32,000 nt of DNA from Wallemia ichthyophaga EXF-994 (taxonomy: Eukaryota; Fungi; Basidiomycota): NCBI RefSeq assembly GCF_000400465.1, contig NW_008806288.1, positions 150,001 to 182,000 on the forward strand, in the 5' to 3' direction. The notes under the pieces are model-generated. The model was not told where the DNA came from. It saw only the letters and a list, made by a program, of their open reading frames with translations, and did no database searches. Below are positions 20,735 through 29,505 of the stretch, in pieces; the first letter of the stretch is position 1, and every line of letters starts with the position of its first letter. The position numbers and the translations under genes were made by a program.

Positions 20735-20996
20735 CCGTCTAGCCGCTATTGATTCATATAGCTCCCTGATTGGCCCCGAGAACATCCCTCGATAGCCGCG
20801 TGACTAGGAACAAGGGTAGCGGGTTCGTGAAGCACAAAGAAAGGCAAGGCACGAGTCACATGCTTATCGGCCGCCGCTGCGGTATTCAAGGGGTCCACAA
20901 TGAATTCCCAATCCTCGCGTTTCGCCGTCTTGGGGGCCATAGTAAGACGGGTATAACCCTTTCCGCGTAAATAGTCTGCGCTACTCCCAGTAAGCT
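20735..20996. ncRNA. Candidate structured non-coding RNA, family unassigned
   Basis: Several long-range complementary segments in an ORF-poor block (see findings); does not match the RNase P/MRP consensus boxes. Confidence 0.35.
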
Positions 20997-21129
20997 TTGT
21001 CTAACTCGTTTGACTCTCTCTGGCCTTCAAAAAGATCTGGCAGTCTGTTCAAAGTCCGCTTTGAGCGATACTATCATCACTTGGTCTCTCTGACTTCCAC
21101 CATCAAGACGAGGCAGTCCGCAGACATCG

Positions 21130-21864
21130 ATGACGCTACTTTTCCAAGAATTCCCAGAATTAGAATCATTATCGTAGGTGACGTGGTGATGTGACCAAGT
21201 GGGCTCGCAGCTAACATCGCGCCCAGACGACAAGATCTCGAGGAGCTTCTGCAGTCACCGAGCTATCTAGATGCGGTGTACTCGACGCTGCCTCGCACCG
21301 AAGCGCTTAAGAAGCGGGAGGAGTTGCTGATGCTCTCAAATGAGGATTTGGCGAGTGGGTGTAGGTTAGTCACGCAACCGCACACTCAAACACCCTCGCA
21401 GAACGGAATATGGAGCTGGGCGAGACGCTGATGGCATTGCGACGGGATACGCAGCACTCGTACGATGAAGCTACGGCGGCATACACGCGTTGGAATGAGA
21501 TAGAAAAGCAACTGAAAGATATCGATCATGTGCGTCGATATCTCCGTTAGCGTCAGCGTTAGCATCTATCTGCGCTGCGATAACAACAGCATCGACTCCG
21601 TCTGACGCACTTTTCCCACAGAAGACTTCAACTGCTTTCCTCACCATGCGTCTCAAGCAGGCTGTTTCGCAGCAGGACGATCTCAGCGAGACCATTGCGT
21701 CAGACTTCATTTCCTCCGCTAATATGGACGAATACAGTGACCCTAAAGAGCAGCAGCAGCATATAGATACCTTTGTTAAGGAATTCAAACAGATGCGGAA
21801 ACTATACCACAAACGCAACATTTGGGCAGACAAAGCCAGCCATGGCGATGTAATCTGGCAGTAA
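21130..21864 (+). CDS. VPS37: ESCRT-I subunit Vps37 (Mod(r) domain); 4 exons
   Basis: Introns 21174-21226, 21355-21401 and 21530-21621 give MTLLFQEFPELESLSRQDLEELL...AFLTMRLKQAVSQQDDLSETIASDF...FVKEFKQMRKLYHKR. Confidence 0.85.
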
Positions 21865-21893
21865 TTATAGTATGCATGTAGAAAGTAAGAATA

Positions 21894-23579
21894 CTAATCA
21901 AATAAATATCTCGTTGATTGCTCAGCGGCGGTATTTAGCAGTCCCTCATCTATTATATGCGATCGAGCCGATGTTACCATATCCCTACTATTGCGACGTC
22001 GTTTGTCTTGCGTCACTGGCCACGACTCCCGCTTGGTTGCGTTTTCCCGTAGTCTTATTTTCGTCTGGATGAAATCGGGTAGCTCTATCTTTGTGTTTGT
22101 GTGTTGCACTTCGCTCTCGTCGATGAATAAGTCTAGCACAAAGTGTACAACGGCTGAGCGTTTCTTTGTTAAATAAGTCCATCAATAAAGCACTGATCCA
22201 CCCACAATCTATACTTTCTAGATCTGTTCCGTACTCACTCAGCCACGTAGATGCTTCGTAAGCCTCAAACTTTTTTATTAGCTGCTTACTCGTCTCTTGG
22301 TGTTGGTGATCTGTTTCGACAAGTATACTCGTGAGATAAATCGACGACAGTGCGAGAGTATGGGGTGAATGCAGCAGTGGTGCGAGTGTCCGATGTCTAA
22401 GAAGTGTTTAGCCGCTTACTACCAATATATTACACCGCTTACGAGTCTGCAAGGACCTTCCAACAGGTCTTGGAGAAGTTCTTGGATACTAGCAGAGCTG
22501 TTAGAATAGTTTATGCCAGCAAAACAACCCACCTTTCAAAAGCCTGCAAAGCTTAATCAAAATATCAAATGGTCTCTTCAGTTTGAAAGAGAAGGATATG
22601 GATTCGAGGAGTAGTCGCTCAATCGGCAGTAATCGCTTTTTCTCTGTCTCAAAGACCTTGATTGTGCGAAATTAGTGAGATTAATTGTATAACTGCCACA
22701 GCTACTCACACTATCATCGATAGAGGGGCTTTTATACTTTTCAGGGAATCTTATGTGCATCGATACTGCTACCACCTGGTGAAGTTTCTTGAGAGTATCG
22801 TGCATCTTTGCAGAGATAAAGGTAGCCACGACAGCGACGTCCTTTAGTGGTTGTCAGTGTCGGAATCGTGGATTGCGACGATTGCACTACCTACATGCGG
22901 ATTAAAGTCTTTAATAGGGTAAAATAGATGGAATCTTGTATATAATGTCTGTGCTGTAGCTATTGTTCTTCTAGGGCTGTAATGCAGTCAGCGCGTACGA
23001 ATTTGCCAACACTCAAACTCACAAACCGAGTTGATTGCCCAATTTCTCTATAAAAGCCGTTGAAAACCTCTTAATCTCACCAGCTTGTCTATGGGAAAAC
23101 TTGCCATGCTGCCTTTGTGACAAAATTTCCGCCTCAGCCTGGTTGAAGTAAGGTTCAAAGTGCTTGATGTGAGGGTTAGTACGCGACAGCAGCAGTCTGC
23201 GCTCTTTCTCAAGAGCTATCAAATCGTCTCTACGGTCTTGCTCTTTTTTAACAGCTTGCGGGTCAGCTCTGCGCTTTTGCCTCTGTTGTTGTTGCTGGTG
23301 TTGCTGTTGGTGGTGGTGGTTTCCAGTATGCGACGGCTGTGATGAGTGTGTGGGGTGTTGTGGGCGGGATGAATTATACTGCTGTGTGCTGTGGTTGCTG
23401 TACGGTCGACTCCGAGCTACTGATCTGTCTGGGGGCGCTTGATAGTGAGGCTGGAAGCGCCAAGGAGACGGATAATCGTGAGGATAACCGTAGCCATTGT
23501 TGTAGCCTTGGTGGTGGCGTGCTTGGTACATCGCAGGTGGTTGCCGGTTGTACCCCTGCTGGCTTCCTCGATAAGCCAT
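21894..23579 (-). CDS. CTK2: CTD-kinase cyclin (Ctk2/cyclin K-like) with Q/H/Y-rich N-terminus; 7 exons
   Basis: Six introns (23022-22977, 22894-22842, 22709-22657, 22532-22489, 22442-22397, 22205-22154) join HFEPYF...LGFPRRTIATAQTLYTRFHLFYP...FISAKMHDTLKK...ERLLLESISFSF...SHRTLAPLLHSPHTLALSSIYL, a cyclin box. Confidence 0.85.
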
Positions 23580-24055
23580 GATGATGGTGGAAGATTAAGA
23601 AGACAGCGGTTGGAATATAAATTGAACGGCTATGAATAGATTGGAGAGGGATGCCAGCAGTTTTATTTGTAGCTATTCTACGCTGTAATTGCACCAATCG
23701 TAGTTCACAAAGGGACAGCTGGTTGGAAATACCTGCGACGCGATGAACAGCCCCTCAGGGATTCTCAATAACATTCAAATACACTAAGATTCTCACTACA
23801 GGCAGTCACAGAGCTGAACTCATCGAGAAGCGTTCAGCGCGTCAAGCGAGTATCATGAGGTTAAGAGGAGTGCGCTGATACTTATAAACGCAAGGCCTGC
23901 CGATTTGTACCGCGCCACCGCTTCAAACTTAAAAGCAATGATGTCAAATTGCCGAGGAAATCTTTTCCAAAGCTTGAGTGGGCCGTAGGAGGGTTACACA
24001 GGATACAATAGCAGCCCACTCAATCCACAAGCAATACCTCTAGGACTCTGTACTT

Positions 24056-24078
24056 TTCCAGCAAATTCCGGAATTTTG
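24056..24078 (+). promoter_or_regulatory. Probable heat-shock element upstream of SSE1
   Basis: TTCcaGCAaaTTCcgGAAttTTG: five alternating nGAAn/nTTCn units (3 perfect), about 65 nt before the Hsp110 ATG. Confidence 0.55.
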
Positions 24079-24141
24079 AAAAAATGCAAGTCGAAGAAGG
24101 CATCCTCTCGACTTCGCACAAACAACGAACAACATATTGAA

Positions 24142-26610
24142 ATGAGTGTAGTAGGATTAGATATTGGTAACTTCAGCAGTACGATTGCCTGTGCAAGATC
24201 TAGAGGTATCGATATCATCTGTAATGAGGTTTCCAACAGAAGCACCCCAACGATGGTTAGTGGTTGTTTTCAAGGCAGCAAGCAGCACCCGTTCACACCC
24301 CACGCAGGCTGGATTTAATCCAAAGAGCCGTACTCTCGGTGAAGCTGCGAAATCCGCTGAGACTAGGTGGGCTTCTCTCTTTTACCAAGGTTAGCCACAC
24401 TGACACGCGCATTCCTCAGCAACTTCAAAAACACCGCAAGCCAACTTAAGAGACTTATCGGACGCGCTTACGCTGACTCTGAGGTTCAAGCCGAGCAGAG
24501 CTACATCGGTGCTCCTCTTGTCGACGCTGGTGGTGAAGTTGGTGTAGAAGCCAGCCTCGCTGGAGAGAAGCAAGCATTCTCTGCTACCCAATTAATGGCT
24601 ATGTACCTCGGCAAGCTCCGTGACACTGCTCAACAAGACATTGGTACCAAGGTTTCAGATGTTGTTGTCTCTGTACCTGGCTGGTTCACCGACGCTCAAC
24701 GTAGAGCTATGCTTGACGCTTCAAAGGTCGCCGGTCTCAACTCTCTTAGAGTCATGAACGACCTCTCCGCCACCGCTTTGGGCTACGGTATCACCAAGCC
24801 AGAGCTTCCTGAGCAAGGCCAACCACCAAGACACGTCGTCTTTGTTGACGCTGGCCACTCTAACTTCCAAGTCTCCGTTGTTGCTTTCAACAAGGGCACT
24901 CTTGAAGTCAAGGGCGCTGCCTACAACCGTCACCTTGGTGGTAGAAACCTCGACAAGGTCTTGACTGATCACTTTGTCAACGAATTCAAGGGCAAGTACA
25001 AGATTGACGTCTACTCAAACCCAAAGGCAACCTTCAGATTGGCTGCTGGCTGTGAGCGTCTGAAGAAGGTCTTGTCTGCAAACTCTGTTGCTCCACTTAA
25101 CGTCGAAAACTTGATGAACGACATTGACGCCACTTCGATGCTCAAGAGAGAGGAATTCGAAGCAGCAGCTGCCGATGTTCTCAAGGGTGTTGAAGCACCA
25201 CTTGCTGAAGCTCTCCAAGCTGCTGGTATTGAACAATCTCAAGTCGACGCTGTTGAGCTCGTTGGTGGTACTTCAAGAGTACCAGCTATTAAGGAGAAGA
25301 TTTCTCAATTCTTCGGTGGAAAGACCCTCTCAACAACCCTCAACCAAGATGAGGCTGTTGTCAGAGGTGCAACCCTCGCATGCGCTATGCTTTCACCAGT
25401 CTTCCGTGTAAGAGAGTTTAGCGTCAACGACATCAACTTGTACGGTATCAAGGCTACTTGGGACGCCCCATCAAGCCTTCCAGCCGGTGAGAGCAACGAG
25501 ACAGAAATTGAAGCCTTCCCAACCAAGAACGCCATTCCATCTACCAAGATTCTCACCTTCTACAGAAAGGAGGCTTTCGACATCCACTTCCAATACTCAA
25601 ACCCATCTGCTCTTCCAACCGGTATTAACCCATGGATTAGCAAAGCAACCATCAAGGATGTAGCACCAACTGCCAATGGTGACTTCTCCATTGTTAAGGT
25701 CAAGGTCAGACTTAACTTACACGGTCTCGTTTCCGTCGAGGGTGCATACACCGTCGAGGAGGTTGAAGGCGAGGAGCAAGTCCCAGTTCAAGTGGGTGAA
25801 GGAGAAGAGCCAAAGACGGAGACACGCAAGGTCAACAGAACAGTAAAGAAGCAAGACTTGACTGTAATAGGTGGTACTACTGGCGCATCTGAATCAGTGC
25901 TCGCTACTTACCACGAGAAGGAAGGTCAAATGTACGCACACGACAAGCTCGTTGCAGAGACAGAAGAGCGTAAAAACGCCCTTGAGGAGTACGTTTACGA
26001 CCAACGTAACAAGCTCGATGACAGACACGCCGCATACGCCACCCCAGAAGAGAAAGAGACATTCAAGAAGGCACTCGGTGAAGCTGAAGACTGGTTATAC
26101 ACAGATGAAGGTGAAGATGCTCAAAAGTCAGCTTACGTCTCACGTCTCGACTCACTTAAGAAGTTGGGTGACCCAATTGTGAACAGATACAGAGAACAAC
26201 AGGAACTTCCAAAAGCAGCAGCTGTATTAAGAGAAGCCACCAATGACTTTCTCACAAAAGCTCAATCAGGGGATGAAAGATACTCTCACATCGCTGCAGA
26301 GGATATTCAAAAGGTGATTGACACAGCGGCTAACGCAGCTAAGTGGTTGGACGACAACATGTACAAGCAGTCAGAGAAGATGAAGACTGAGAACCCAGTT
26401 ATCACTTCAACACAAGTATTGAAGACTGCTGAGGAGATGTGAGTGAGGATTTGAGAGGTAAAATTTTGCTAACAAAGACTTTGCAGTGGATACACTTGTA
26501 ACTCAATCCTCAACCGTCCAAAGCCAAAGCCAAAGACTGAAGCACCAGCACCAGAGCCACAACCAGCTAAGGAAGGTGAAACACAGAAGGACAACATGGA
26601 CGTCGACTAA
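24142..26610 (+). CDS. SSE1: Hsp110/Sse1 chaperone (Hsp70 nucleotide-exchange factor); 4 exons
   Basis: [10 protein letters not shown]...[48 protein letters not shown] and C-terminal MDVD*. Introns 24256-24307, 24367-24419 and 26439-26486. Confidence 0.96.
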
Positions 26611-27169
26611 AATGAACAAGACTAAGATATCGATTAGACTATCATTATAAAATAACGTTTCTTTCATAAATTTTTCATATGTAGTTTACAAAGGTTTAAT
26701 GTCTGCCTGGCTTTGGTTGCGATGAAATGAAGAGAATTGGGCACTTCATCACAAGCAAATGGGGCTGGAAAGGTGCCGCATGACAGACACTCAAAACGAG
26801 TGCTGGATGGGCGAATAGGGGTTACTATTGGACCGTTATGACTCGTGCAAAGCTCACTACGCAGCCTGAAAAGCTGGTGGTGCATCGCGTGGATGACCAG
26901 AGCTAAGCGCTTAAGGACGATCCGTGTACATCAAGTAGAGCGTGGTGTATTGGTTGCTCAAGTCAGACACAATACGACACGCACTCGGCTGAGCCAGTTG
27001 ATGGTGAATGTCGAGGATAAGGAGGATTTGTAGAATTTAAGGGGTGAAAATTAATATTTCAATTGAGATTCTAATAAACTGGAGTTGGCCTCTATTCTGT
27101 GACTCTATAGTGGCGTTCATTTACTCAACCACACACGTCTCAAACGTCTCTTCAACAAGGACCGTGAAG

Positions 27170-28233
27170 ATGAACAAGCCTAATTTTGGACAATTTATAT
27201 CACAATTACAGAGAGTGCGTTGGATGCAGCACACCCTTCACAGCTCACACACCTCCCAGCAAGCTAGAGCCTCTGGTGGTGGACGAGGTGGTCCCGGTGG
27301 CAGCAACTTCAACACAGGCGGTGCATTCGCTGGTGGCGGTGGTATAATTCTCTTAGCCCTCGGTGCATTCGCAGTGAACTCGAGTCTTTTCAACGGTGCG
27401 TTGATTGCTGCGAATGTCTCTGTCTGCTGACTTGGGTGCAGTCGACGGTGGACATCGTGCGATCAAGTACAGTCGTCTACATGGAATAATGAGAGAGGTA
27501 TATGGTGAAGGTACACATATCAGAGTGAGTTGAAGTCGTTTTCAGTACTCTAAGCTCACAAAATCAGATTCCTTGGCTCGAATCAGCTATTATTACAGAC
27601 ATTAGAGCCAAGCCACGCAATATTGGCTCATTGACAGGTACAAAGGATCTTCAAATGGTTAACATCACCGTCCGTGTCCTCTCCAGACCTCGTCAAGAAG
27701 AGCTTTCAACCATCTACAGAGAGCTCGGTACAGACTTTGACGAGAGAGTATTGCCTTCGATTGTCAACGAAACTTTGAAGGCTGTTGTTGCTCAATTCAA
27801 CGCGTCTCAACTTATTACTCAGAGAGAAATGGTCTCTAAACTCGTTAGAGATAATCTCACTAAACGCGCATCGAGATTCAACATTGTCCTCGATGATGTC
27901 AGTTTGACGCATGTTACTTTCTCACCAGAATTTACAACCGCTGTTGAGTCTAAGCAGATCGCCCAGCAAGTCGCTCAAAGAGCCGCTTTCTTGGTCGACC
28001 AGGCTATTCAAGAGAAACAAGCTATCATCGTTAGAGCAAATGGTGAAGCTAGATCAGCTGAGTTGATTGGTGAGGCTTTGAAGAGCAACAAAGGTTTCTT
28101 GCATCTGCGTAAATTGGAAGCTGCGAGAGATATTGCTGATGTTATTAGCAATTCTAGTAACAGAGTTATGTTGGATTCTGGTAGCTTGTTGTTGGATGTT
28201 CAAAACCTCGAGTCTAGCGGCCCTAACAAATAA
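27170..28233 (+). CDS. PHB2: Prohibitin-2; 3 exons
   Basis: SLFN|VDGGHRAIKYSRLHG...EGTHIR|IPWLE...LTGTKDLQMVNITVRVLSRP...KQIAQQVAQRAAF; introns 27396-27441 and 27525-27567. Confidence 0.95.
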
Positions 28234-28281
28234 AATGACTAACATTAATGCACTTCTCATTTAAATACAAATTGTCAAACC

Positions 28282-29316
28282 TCACTTCTTGAATGGCGTC
28301 GTGAACGAATTGGAATTTGGCTTGAAGAGGTTTGGCTCGAATGGAGATGCCAAATCTATTGGACCGTTTGCGTTTGCGTTTGCATTAACATTTGCTGCTG
28401 GAGCAGCTTCATCATTCGCAATTGTACTATTCACAACTTGCCTATTTGTGCCGCTTAGCGATTCGTAATATTGCTCAATAAATGCACTGAACGATTCTGT
28501 ATTCGATGGCGCGAGAGTTTCCGTCACCGGACCTATTTCATTAGTCTGAGTAATGAGAGTAGGAACCGCGCGTCTGCCCACCACGCTGTCTTTCATGATT
28601 GTATGCTGAGGACTCAGGCATAACGACCAGTCTGCCGCTGTTGGCGAGGTTCCATACGGAAGCTGCAAATGCTTTGGACGAAATGGTCGCCTGAAGGTTG
28701 AGATAGACGTGCAGTGGTGTTGGGTTGGCGATGGCCTGAGTGTTTGCTGTGTTTACTGTATTCGCTAAATTCGCTCTACTCGCTATATCCCTGGTACTCG
28801 CTAAATTCGCCGCACTAGCTACTGGCTGGAAGGGGAACGAGTTGCTGTTCGCATCAAAAGCACAGGCGGCGCTTGTTCCCAAACCAGAATTGCAAAAGCC
28901 ACTTGATATATATGGCTGGTGCAGTAATTGGAATGGGATAGTCGAGCCGTCTGTGCCGAAGAAAGGCTTTCTATCCTCCAAATCCAAATTATCAGACATC
29001 AGCTCAGCCTTTTCTTTAACAGTTTGAGATTCAGCTGGCTTGGACGCAACCAGGCGCTTCTTCTCGCTTGTCCAGCGTTCAACTTTGGAGATATGGAAAT
29101 TGTTGTCTAAAAATGAATTTAACAGGAGATAAGCGGAGATGTGAGTAGATACCCAATGCAAACTCCTTCCTGAGGGATTTGTTGTTCAATAAGCCATCAT
29201 TGAACGCTTTGGTGATCTTCTGTACGCTTTCTTCGCCTAAAGCGTATTTAGCAGGAAGAGAACAACAAGACTTGCGTACTGCTCGTTGGATCCTTGCTTT
29301 TGTCTACTCCAGGCAT
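28282..29316 (-). CDS. Uncharacterised protein with N-terminal divergent homeodomain-like helix-turn-helix and low-complexity Ala/Asn-rich tail; probably 4 exons
   Basis: Introns 29279-29237 and 29152-29107 give MPGVDKSKDPTSSEESVQKITKAFNDGLLNNKSLRKEFALDNNFHISKVERWTSEKKR. A 52-nt GTATGG..CAG intron 28657-28606 would join track ORF 28541..29161 to ORF 28282..28668 (inferred). Confidence 0.6.
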
Positions 29317-29505
29317 TTCTCAATCGCTAATTTGTTTATTTGCTCGTTGTGGTTGCTAACCAAAGTGGTGCTGCTGCTGCTGCTGATGCTGCCACTGCCG
29401 CTAACGCTGGTGGAATTGGAATATAAAATTTTATAAAGATATACAGATAGCCTGTATTATTGCCCAGTTAAACTCAAATTAATTCCTTGAGTGGTTGCAA
29501 CCAAC

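Noticed and set aside
20954-20960. TAACCCT as a telomerase RNA template (similar words on the minus strand near 23990 and 26820)
   Set aside because: Shorter than the roughly 1.5 repeats needed, located in small hairpin loops or in the wrong order relative to the pseudoknot; such 7-mers are expected by chance.
20735-20996. Firm assignment as RNase MRP/P, U3 or a TPP riboswitch
   Set aside because: The GAAAGUCCCC/ACAnA consensus, the U3 boxes and the TPP core (CUGAGA...GAACUUGAU) are missing; only the topology is suggestive.
26664-26885. 73-aa minus ORF with a CxxC (FECLSCG)
   Set aside because: Only one CxxC, no recognisable family, and no supporting exon structure.
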